Source: Hydrolagus affinis
Taxonomy: Eukaryota
Direction of reading: 5' to 3'
Length of the DNA stretch: 64,000 nucleotides
Assembly (NCBI GenBank): GCA_012026655.1
Contig: JAAILG010000157.1
Coordinates: 1-64,000, forward strand
A model generated the notes under the pieces. It was not told the origin of the DNA and did no database searches. It saw only the letters and a program-made list of their open reading frames with translations. Shown piece after piece: positions 26,181-36,520 of this stretch. A program made the position numbers and the translations under genes. Numbering within the stretch: position 1 is the first letter of the stretch; the number at the start of each line of letters is the position of its first letter.

Positions 26181-26780
26181 GTACGTGAATACACTTGTTA
26201 CTTTTCTCCGAAACTCCAGTGCCTATTTTAAAAGAAAATGTTTTTTTAAAAAATTATTTACAGGTAGGATTGCATACACTTATGATTTAAATTGAGACCC
26301 TGTTTGACATGTGTGGGTTTAAGGTGTATCATGTCTCAGCATTTTGTTCTCATTGTGGAGCTACCCTCTCTCAGAACTGACAAACTCATTGCTCAATTTA
26401 TTTGTGTTGTCCGGTTTCTCAAGAAGCAAAACCTGGAAACTGGAGTAGTGTGAAATCAATAGCTGAACCAGCATGCGTCTTTTCACCAGTAGATCTTTCC
26501 TAGAAATGCGTTTAGGAGTGGTTAACATAGATATTTTACAGAGCAGGTGATTAATACAGTAAAACTCACACAAGTCTAAATATAAGACTATATAAAGGTA
26601 TAAATCGGACAATTAATTGAGTCGTACATCTGCTCAAGTCCATTCGAGGGTGTTTGCCACCCCATTCTTTGTAAGTTTGACACAACTCATACTTTTCCTA
26701 AGTCATATTCAATGTATGGTCCCAACTGATACAACTTATGTGAGATTTACTGTTTTTTTCTAATAGAGGAGTCTAATAGT

Positions 26781-27207
26781 GGAGCTCCTGTGGCTCAGTG
26801 GTTAGAGCACTTGTCTTGCAAGCTGGAAAGACCAAGCTGGGGAGACCTGTGTTTGAATCCAGGCAGGTCAGGGCGAAACCTTGGGCAAGTTTCCTTATTC
26901 CACATACCTAATAATAATCCCTCCAAAAAAAACCACATNNNNNNNNNNNNNNNNNNNNNNNNNNNNNNNNNNNNNNNNNNNNNNNNNNNNNNNNNNNNNN
27001 NNNNNNNNNNNNNNNNNNNNNNNNNNNNNNNNNNNNNNATCCACGACTGTGTGTGGGACACTGCTGTGCGCAATTGGCTGCCGCGATTCGCCCACAAATA
27101 TATACAGTCAATTCACCTTACAGTATATTCTGTGAAGCGCTTTGGGACGTTGATAAGATGTGGAAAGCGCTATATCAAATGCAAGGATTATTATTATTAT
27201 TATTATT
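26781..27207 (+). mobile_element. SINE subfamily B (14-bp duplication in head), interrupted by an assembly gap
   Basis: Head GGAGCTCCTGTGGCTCAGTGG...CAAGCTGGAAAGAC-CAAGCTGGGGAGAC and a (TAT)n tail. Matches 50918-51263 (-). Confidence 0.9.
26939..27038. other. Assembly gap (100 N)
   Basis: Run of exactly 100 N. Confidence 1.
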
Positions 27208-28318
27208 AATAATCAGGAAGCCAGAATAACATGCACCATAGGAGGGGTCAGACTTCATCAGAGATAGCTGTAGTGAGGGGCTGCATAATTGTTTGTTATT
27301 TTGCCTCTATGTGAAGCATTTAAATTTGGAAATGTTACTTTGGATGTGTTATCTTTTTTAGTATATTTAGCCAGAGGCTTATGAAATATTTAACATGATT
27401 TGAAGAGTAAAGACTTCCTGAGATGTTTCTAGAACGACGGGTGTATTAATATGACATACAACAAATTGTCTATCTTTTCCTGTTGTCTATTAACATTATC
27501 TGCTGCACTAATCTAATATTCAATCATAATCATTTTGTGCCATATTGATTCCTTTGTACATCAGGAACATGTAAAACAATGATAGAAGCTTCAGCGATTA
27601 TGTCAGCATAGAATCATTGAATGCTTACGCCACAGAAGGGAGAGATTTAACTTATTGTGTCAGTGCTAGCTCCACATTGAAGTTCTTACTGGGATTTTAG
27701 AGATGTTCTATAAAGAAACACTACATGATTGTGCTGCACTCTGCAGCAAATTGAAACAGATGAGATAGATAAACAAGAATCGATGGGGCAGCAATATCTA
27801 TCGTTGTTTCATACCAGATCTTTAGCGTTGGATCTCTTGTTTCCCAGGATTGTAACAGTGCAGCCTGCTGTGAAACTGAGTACTCCTTCAGCAGCACCAA
27901 CCTACACTTAGATAATATACGTAACATTTGCTCACAAAATATTCAGACAATTCACTTTGCAATATATTCTGTGAAGCTCCTTGTGACATCGCAACGATTT
28001 GATAAGGCACTATATCTAATGCAAGGATTATTATTATTTAATGAGAATGTTACCTGTAAAGTACATTAGCACTGGAATTGCAACAGCATGAATAAAATGC
28101 CTGTAAATTATCTTCTGATTCAATAATGCTCCACTTGCTTGTCTTTCTTTTAAAAAAAATTAATGTTGGCTCCTTATAATCCACAGAGTTTATCCACACT
28201 TTTTTAAAAAAAATGTCAATACTTAGTAACAAAATGGTGGTATGTTAAGTAAATTATAACTGGGTTTAATGCCATAAACCGGTCTATCCTAAAATTCTTC
28301 ACCCGTGAAAGTACACTA

Positions 28319-28931
28319 CAGTAAAAGCCCATTTATCCGGCACCCTCGGGACTTGGCCAATGCCGAGTAAAGCGAGTGCTGGATATTAGGCCGAAAACGC
28401 AAAAAAAAATGTTTTTTAATTTAAATAATTGATAAAACATACCATATTAATAATAGACTAAATAATAACAGAATATTGCATGGATAATTACCAACAAAGC
28501 AATAAATATTGATTACAGTACATAAATGCAGCACACAATCAAAGGTTTTTTTTCTTTCTCTCCTGCTCCTTTCTCTCCCACACATAGCATCTCAGTGGCT
28601 CCAAACCCAACCCCACTCCACTCCTCTGATTTCCCATCTAAATTAATCAACTCCCCCACCCTCTTTCTCCCCCACTTATCTCTCCTGCCCCCTCTTTCCC
28701 TCTCTTTCTCCCACTCTACCGCAGCATTCAAAAGTAATCGTACTGTACTCGTTGTGAGGGGGAAAAAACGGCAGTGCCACCTTCAGGCACTAGTAGCAGC
28801 AAAACCCCCCCAATAATTTTAATGCACTTTTCTGGATAAATTCCGGTTAATTGAATGCGGACTTTTTTTTTGATGCGCTGGTTATACGGAAGTTACGATT
28901 GATCGGGTGCTGGATAAACGGGCTTTTACTG
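28319..28931. mobile_element. Non-autonomous Tc1/mariner (pogo/Tigger-like) DNA transposon, 613 bp
   Basis: 27-bp TIRs CAGTAAAAGCCCRTTTATCCRGCACCC (25/27 match), TA on both sides, no transposase ORF. Confidence 0.9.
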
Positions 28932-29797
28932 TACTAATATTTTTTTTCAGTTCTTCCATTGAAGCCTAGTAACTTAAAAGTGATTGAAATTTGCAAGACC
29001 ATTTTTGTCTTCAGAGGGAAATGTGGATAATTTTTAAATTTGTTTTTCCAGACTTTGTAGAAAGGACAGGCTTCCAAAATTAACATTAATTAAAATGACT
29101 TGGGGATTCATCAAACTCACAACATTGGCAATGGAGGATCAGATGATCAGTGGGAGTTTACTGTATTCTATTTTGCAAAGTTACAGCTGGATGCTTGTCA
29201 CCCATTTGTAACAATATCAGATGCTGAAATATTTGGCAGCGGGATAGATAGGCTCTTGTTAGGAAGCATAAATACGTCCTGTTTATTAAAGGGGAAAAAA
29301 GCAAGACGACTGCAGTATGCCAAATTCGCACGTGTCTCCATATGAGTGAAAATTGTAACATGTAAATTGTTCATTGTCTCTGGTGACAATTAATGGATTG
29401 CAGGCATCCCAATTTTCACTGCCTGTTGTTTTTAATGCTAATCTCCCTGAGGTAGGACGAGACAAAAATGTTAACTAAAAATAGTTTCAGTGTATCAATT
29501 TGTACCTTGGACATCAAAGGCTGGGTGACCGACATTGTTTTAAATGTGAGACGAGGCTACATTAAAGTTTGCATACACATCGATTGTTTCTTGATGGGAA
29601 GATGACTCAAAGTGCATTCACAGTGCCAGAAGGGCAGCTGAGCTTTGTTTTCAAATGTACTTTGAAAGAGGGAGCGAATCTGGGAGAGAGTTCATTATAG
29701 TACCATTGCAGGCGTCTTTGAAATTCTAAAGTTGAACGGAGTGAAAAGAAAGTTATTGTGCCTTGAATGTATCCATTACGTTGATTCTGTTCTATAG

Positions 29798-29948
29798 GTA
29801 CAAAGGTGGTGCAGCCACATCTGCTGTCTGTGAATTCTCTATGGCAGATGTCACAAGAGCCTTCAGTGGAAGGTACATGGAAGTGAATCGTGAGACACAA
29901 CGGTGGTATCCCTACAATCACATTGTCCCAGAGCCAAGACCAGGCACT
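29798..29948 (+). CDS. SEMA4B: Semaphorin-4B coding exon 9
   Basis: YKGGAATSAVCEFSMADVTRAFSGRYMEVNRETQRWYPYNHIVPEPRPGT, with SAVC and VP.PRPG motifs. Phase 2-0. Confidence 0.96.
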
Positions 29949-30297
29949 GTACGTATCACTGACATTAAAGATTAACCTTCATCATATTGAACATTAAGCA
30001 ACGCATTTAGCATTTTAATGTGAATGTCCTAAAATGAACAGCTTTTAGTGTAGTGTTTCACAGATATTTGTAAACATTCTCATTGTGCTGTGCTGTATTC
30101 TGCCTTGTAGAATGGAGGTAATTGTGAGAAACCTTTGTAGAATAGATTTGTCACAGTTCCATGAAATACAAAATTGGCATTTTTTTGCTGATGGGCTCCC
30201 TTTGAAGATTGAGCATTTTTAAAGTTGTGAAAAATTACTCAGATGGTATCAAACATTTTAATAATACAGAAAACTTTTCTTCCATCATGCCCAACAG

Positions 30298-30505
30298 TGC
30301 ATTACAAATGCTGCTAGAGCCATGAATATAACCTCTTCGTTCAAAATGCCGGATAAAGTGCTGAATTTCGCTAAAGATCACTTTCTGATGGATGAAATAA
30401 GGAGTCAGCCCTTGTTGATCAAAAAGCATATTAAATACACACAGATTGTTGTGGACCAAGTTGAAGGCATTCACGGCTACTACAATGTCATGTTTCTGGG
30501 CACAG
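30298..30505 (+). CDS. SEMA4B: Semaphorin-4B coding exon 10
   Basis: CITNAARAMNITSSFKMPDKVLNFAKDHFLMDEIRSQPLLIKKHIKYTQIVVDQVEGIHGYYNVMFLGT. AACAG acceptor, GTACGT donor. Confidence 0.96.
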
Positions 30506-31396
30506 GTACGTTCCACAGCTATCTGATTAAATCACTTCAGGCTCCATCGGATACTGCCAGGAAATAAATATTTTATGGTAATTCATGCAAAACTCCTTCA
30601 ATTTTTATGCAGAATAAGTCCCATGCACAGAAATTGACTACATTGAAATATGAGTGTATCTCTGGAGCAATTTGCCATTTTCTCTTTGTGTTATCAGAGA
30701 TTATAATTTTCCAACCAACAACAACAAAATTACATTCATATAGCGCCTTTCATGTCAGGAGGATGTCCCAAGGCGCTGAACCAGCAGACCATAGCTACCA
30801 TTTGTCTCATTATTTTAATTGTCTTATTGTTTTATTCAAGTGACAATCCTATTTTCTTCAGTGCTTTTAATACAATACATAAGTAACATCAGATCACAGA
30901 TGTAATGCATGGATCCTTTGCATTTAGCAGACCGTCATCTGACCATAGATCTGACAATACCTGGGATCATTAATTGACCGTGATCATTTTACAGATTTCA
31001 ACTAAGGAGATAATCAGCTATTATTCTTAATTCTCCCTTTGACCTCATCCTGAAAGGCTTAATACCTGGTTGAGCGTAAGTCATGTTTGCTTTGCTGAAA
31101 TTTAGCACAAAAACAGAGCCCTTACTCCCCAAAGCTATTCTGTGTTTCCATCCATTCTGTGTTAAAATTTCTGTTTGACACTAATGCTGTTTTTGTCTGG
31201 TGATGATCTACTGCCAGGGTTTATGGACCTATCTGCTACTTTACAAATGTTAGAAATAAAAGTGTCACTCGAATTAAAATGAAAACAAAACTGAATGGGC
31301 TAATGCTTTGTAGAAAGATACTTCGATTGCACTATGCAACTTTGTGCAAAAATACAGTAAGGAGGTGGGGGGAAATGAACATTTCTAAAATAAATA

Positions 31397-31708
31397 CAGT
31401 AAAAGCTCGATAATACGACATTCCAAAAGATGGCCACTCCGTTAAAACCGGCAAGATTTCAAAATACGTACAGTACTCATTTTTTCCCGATGTCCAGCAA
31501 ATCTCCTGAAGTTCGGAACAGCTGCTTGTAACTCTCATTGTAGCTGCTTTGTCACCCAGCATAATGGGTAAAGCTCATGCGTTTTTTTTGGCTTCAGTGC
31601 TGTGTTTATGGGGCGGGGCCTCCCCAGCTATTTCTAGGCTAGTTTCTAAATACCGGCAAACATCAAAATCTGGTGGCCCAACAGTGCAGGATTATCGAGG
31701 TTTTACTG
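31397..31708. mobile_element. Non-autonomous Tc1/mariner (pogo/Tigger-like) MITE, 312 bp
   Basis: TIRs CAGTAAAASCTCGATAAT (17/18 match), TA on both sides. Confidence 0.85.
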
Positions 31709-32131
31709 TACAGTATTAATACTATTTGGGATACAATTCCAGATAACCAAAAGGAAACTCCACTCTCCATAGGCTAATATGTTGCTTCCAAAAAATTGTT
31801 CTTAATACCTTTTACTGAGCTCATTGACAGTAAAATGATTTAAGGCAGATAATTTGATAAAATGTCAATGCTAGTTTGTCACATACAGCTATAGATGTGT
31901 ATTAGAATTCCAACCACTCGGAATATGAAAATGCGATCAATAATAATGTTACAGAGCGGATGGCAGTAAGTCGATAAAGGAATAAATCAACTTATCTGAA
32001 TAAAAAGTATATTTTACTTGCATTTAAGATGAAATGCTTCCATTAAATGTGAGTATTGTTTTGATGTGTCTTGCCTGTTGCGATTTGAAGCATTTAGAAT
32101 TTTTTGTGCATTGTATTTTGCTCTCCAACAG

Positions 32132-32247
32132 AAACTGGTCTATTGCACAAGGCAGTAAATGTGAAGAATAAGATGCACATTATTGAGGAAATTGCTCTGT
32201 TTGCTGCACCACAACCCGTGCAGAACATGATATTGGATTCAAAACAG
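32132..32247 (+). CDS. SEMA4B: Semaphorin-4B coding exon 11
   Basis: (E)TGLLHKAVNVKNKMHIIEEIALFAAPQPVQNMILDSKQ. Phase 1-0. Confidence 0.95.
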
Positions 32248-32945
32248 GTACAAAATCCATTGAGATTTTTTCCCGCAAGGAGACATTGTTTGTTGCCATT
32301 AACATGTAATGCCATATATCAATAGTTATTGGAATAGGACTCTCTTTTGTCAAATAATTTGTAGCAATTACTACCGAAATAAGTCATTATTTCTCATTTG
32401 TGATCCATCTCAGTGCCATAACAAAGGCCAACATTTTTGCCCATCTAGAATGTGTGGCAATGGAAATGCAGATGTAGCTAATAAGGAGAAAAGAATGGTT
32501 GAAGGATAGTCCAAGATTGGTTTGTTTGAAGAGCCCTTTGGCCCATCTAATCTCATCCCTCCAGAATATCCATCTGCTGACTCCCCATCACAGCATCAAG
32601 CTATTTTTTAAATGAGTCCAGTGTCTGTCCTGACAACCTGTTCCAGTCATTAACTGCTCCCTTGGGAGAGAAATTCTTCTTAGTATCTGTTCCAAATCTG
32701 CCCGTTGCAATTGCAAACCCATTGTGTTTTCCTATATCACTGTAACCTTACTCTTTTATCTAGAATTTGCACATTGATGAATGGTAAATCCCATTTGTAA
32801 TCCTTAATTGAATGCCAATCGCAAGATTACAGTGAATAATTATCAAATAATTACACAGTAATTTTCAAATGATAATTAAAAAAATTAATTTAATGTAACC
32901 CAGTGTTTTGAATTGCATTCTGTTTTATGTCTCCAATGTACACAG

Positions 32946-33103
32946 GGTATGTTGTATGCATCTTCTTACTCAGGTGTTGTTCAACTGCCTACATCCAACT
33001 GCAGCATTTATCAGATTTGTGGCGAGTGTGTATTGGCTAGGGATCCTTACTGTGCCTGGGATGGGATGATGTGCAGAAGTATCCGAGGATTACAGTTCAA
33101 TTC
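32946..33103 (+). CDS. SEMA4B: Semaphorin-4B coding exon 12 (PSI domain)
   Basis: [52 protein letters not shown], with the PSI motif [11 protein letters not shown]. Donor GTAAGT. Confidence 0.97.
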
Positions 33104-33578
33104 GTAAGTGGCCTGAGAAGGAAAATGTTTGGAAACTTGCAACAAATAAGTCATGTTAGAATTCATCATGATACTATTTTCAGACTCTGAAAATGTTCGA
33201 TAACTATTGGATCCATTTGGAAGTCATCATATTTCTCAAAGTGCCTGGAATATGGCTATAGATCAGGAGTGTTTCCACATAATTTTGAACCCGATTTTCC
33301 ACAGTTCTTTAAAAGAACTGACTTGCAGCTGTGACTCGAGTTTTCCATATTTCTGCGTGATCTTAATTTTGATCCAAAATGGTCTTGTAACCTGAGACTA
33401 GACAGAATTCCAGATTACAACAACAAGATTATATTTGTACAGCGCCTTTTATGTCGGGGGATGTCCCAAAGCACTGAATGTTAAACTCGGGACAAGAAGT
33501 CCACTGTGTACTTTGCCTTCTTTTGCTTACCATAAAGTCTGTTTCTTATGTCTATTTTTCCATGTTCTAATCTTGCAG

Positions 33579-33673
33579 TCAATGGAAACAAGACATCGAG
33601 ATGGGCAAGGCTGAACGGCAGTGTCGGAAACCTAATGTTTCAGTGTTCAGTCCCAGAGCTTACAGGCCACAGC
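33579..33673 (+). CDS. SEMA4B: Semaphorin-4B coding exon 13
   Basis: (S)QWKQDIEMGKAERQCRKPNVSVFSPRAYRPQ, with the W.QDI motif. TTGCAG acceptor, GTGAGT donor. Phase 2-1 closes the frame. Confidence 0.92.
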
Positions 33674-34366
33674 GTGAGTATTTATAAAACTTTCGAATGA
33701 AACTGATTTTATAAATTAGCTGCACAAGTTTAGTTCCCTTGGTTAGCTAGTCAGAAAAAGTCATTCTAAAGAACCAAAGTATCATTCAGTTGTTTTAAAT
33801 GAATAGAACCGCTCCTTCCTCTCACTTTAGCTGTTCTGTTACACAGCATACAGCATTTCAGAATAGAACCTGCACATACTGTATGTATAGGGTACTTGTT
33901 GTAACTGATGCCTCCTAGACATTGGCATACCTACCTGTCTACACAATACCACTGTGATAGTATATAAATGCCTTATACTGGAATTTTCAAGGCCAATTAA
34001 CACCCTTTCTGCAAGCTGGTGAAGTGCAAGAAAACACTCTCTGACAATCAAACTGCACATAGCTAAGCGAATGAGAAACTATTATTCTATACATAGAAAA
34101 GGTGTATTTGACATGAAGGTCCTCTGTAAACTCTCAACGTACTTAACTCTGCTTACTTGAAATTCGATCATTTCTATACTTCTTAATATTTAATTCTATA
34201 TTCTTCATGTATTCTCAGTGTATGTTTGACTCCTTTATGTATGTCTAAACTTTCTGACTTCAAAACTGGATCTATGGGCAGAAGGTTTAAGTTAATTTTC
34301 GAATTCAAGAATCTGTTGTATTGAAGTATGCAGTTTTCTATTAATGAATCTCTCTTCCGTAAACAG

Positions 34367-35154
34367 GTACTGTCCCATGTGAGACTGTCACTGTGCCACT
34401 TAATAGTTTCAAACTGCTGCGTTGTCAAGTAAGGTCAAACTTTGCAACAAGAAAATGGATACATAATGGAGCAGTAGCAGATTCTAAATACACGATTCTT
34501 ACCGATGGCGAGATTATCACAACAGCAGAGAAATTTGGAGTATATGAATGCTGGGCCTTAGAGAAAGGCTTTCAACTGCTGGTTGCAAACTATTGTGTGA
34601 GAGCAGACTTGTCTTTGGAAGCCACAACAGCATCAAGAAAATCCAGCCCCATAGAAAACTATGGAAATCCAGAGAAAGGGATCGTTATAAATCCACTCAG
34701 TAGTGAAAGTCGATATGCTCAGCACACCAACGGAAAGAATTACTGGACTGAGTTTGTAACCGTTAGTGTAGTGTTTGCACTGACACTTGCTGTTTTATGT
34801 CTCATTTTTCTGTATTGGAACCGAGACAGAATGAAGTCACTGATAAAAGATGGAGAATGCTCGAATATCCAACAAAAGAAACAAAGAAAGATCGAGATAC
34901 AAGAAAGCCTGCCTTTGAATGGAAATCCGATTCAAGTACCAACTCCTGACCACCATAAAGGTTACCAGAGCTTAAATGATAACCACATCTGCAGTACACC
35001 AGTGCTGGAAAACGCTGTCAACGGCAAGGACTCTGAGTATCCAGAATCACCAAATAGTCAAATGAATCAAAAAAACTTGTATGTGGAAATTTCCCCTCGT
35101 TGCCCACAACCTCGAGTGAGAATTGGGTCTGAAATCAAGGATGCTGTCGTGTGA
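34367..35154 (+). CDS. SEMA4B: Semaphorin-4B last coding exon (Ig-like domain, TM helix, cytoplasmic tail)
   Basis: (R)TVPCETVTVPLNSFKLLRC...GVYECWALEKGF, TM YWTEFVTVSVVFALTLAVLCLIFLY, then tail ...PLNG...GYQSL...VEISPRCPQPRVRIGSEIKDAVV*. This resembles the SEMA4B end PRVRLGSEIRDSVV as I recall it. Exon sum is 2514 nt = 837 aa. Confidence 0.95.
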
Positions 35155-36049
35155 AACACGAAATGGCTGAGGGAGCTACAACTATACCACTGTGGCCTTT
35201 GTAAGGGACCAACCACAATACGGAATTGGAAAGACTAAGGCTGGCAGCTTAAAATCAACTGTTGTACTGTGCCACTTGAACATATTTTCAGTATGTAAAC
35301 CACATGCATGGATGGTTATTGGTGTGACATTCACTTTTAGTAAAAACATTTGTATCTGTAACCCATCAGCTGAACAGCATGGAAATGCATGATATATTGG
35401 ATGACATACTATTCCCAATTTGTTTGCAATTTGGGGTTTACAGTACAAGACTCCTTTTTCAGGGAGGGAGTGATAGGAAACAAAATGATTCTGTGTGCAA
35501 AATGCACAGGAGCACACATTTTGTATAATGTTATAAGGGTTCATTTTCATAGGTGGAGATGTTAACTCTGAAATGTACCAAACCTTGCATAAAACAGTGA
35601 CTAGTCTATGTAGTGACTGCTTAAACCCTATATCCCACGAGTGTATACTTACCCCACATTTGCTGAAAAACATTGTCTATAAACCTTTGAGATGCCTATT
35701 ATAAATTAGAACTGTAGATGTGTTCAGCACTTCAAATGATTTATCTAAAAAGGAAAATTGATGGGATCACATTGTTAATTTGGCAGCAGAAATTTGACTC
35801 CAGTTTTCAATGGGTTAAATGTCCACATGTAAATTTATATGTTTATCGTATAAAATGCAAATGTTTTCTCATTGGAAACAAAAAAACTGCTAATATGATG
35901 AGCCTTTGCTTCAGTGGGTATCAAGTAGAAGATGTGTACATAGATTTGTAATAGGCTAAAGGGAAGGAAATGGAGGCAAGTTAGATAAAAATAGACAAGG
36001 TAGTGGTGTGTTGCTTCAGTGAACTTTGGTTGAACCAACTCTGCCTATA

Positions 36050-36520
36050 GTGGAAATCAAATGACATAGTATACCTAGATGCCTAAAAGCCCTTTGATTA
36101 AGTACATGAGCAATTTATTTGCATCACTGCTGCTGGGTATCAAAGGTAAGATAGAGATGGATGCGGATTAGTAGGTGGCTTAAGGGAAAGAGGCAGGTAT
36201 TTGTTGTAATTGAAATGGAGGAAGTATTAAGTAGGGTGCCACAGGGTCCATTTTGTTCCAGGTATATGTTATAGAGGAACACTGTATAAGATGCTTAACA
36301 GGATAGTGGAAGTAAATCTGGAATAATGCTTTCAGATAGTCAAAGGCAGTAGGAGAAGAGAACACAGGTTCAGAGTTGTGAAAGGGAAGTTTAGGACAGA
36401 CACGGCATATGTTTCTTTGATTAAGGGTTAGACCAAGTTGTCAAGGCAAAGTTGGGTGGTCAAAGCCAAGACTCTGGACTCAGTTAAAAATAGCTTGGTC
36501 TTGGAATTGGATGAACAAGA
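36050..36520 (+). mobile_element. Highly decayed CR1 reverse-transcriptase and 3' end fragments
   Basis: 36063-36104 reads DIVYLDA*KPFD*V (cf. CR1 DVVYLDF.KAFDKV), then GIKGK and VPQG at 36236-36247. A CR1 terminal segment follows from about 36360. Confidence 0.7.

Noticed and set aside
26790-27209. Five ORFs spanning 26.8-27.2 kb
   Set aside because: Artefacts of translating through the 100-N gap within a SINE.
34361-34372. AG|GT acceptors that also look like donors (also 17196 and 29797), suggesting recursive splicing
   Set aside because: Exons starting with GT are common, these introns are short, and the donor matches are weak.
35182-35673. 163-aa minus-strand ORF behind the SEMA4B stop codon
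   Set aside because: No recognisable domain or splice context; consistent with a chance ORF antisense to the 3' UTR.
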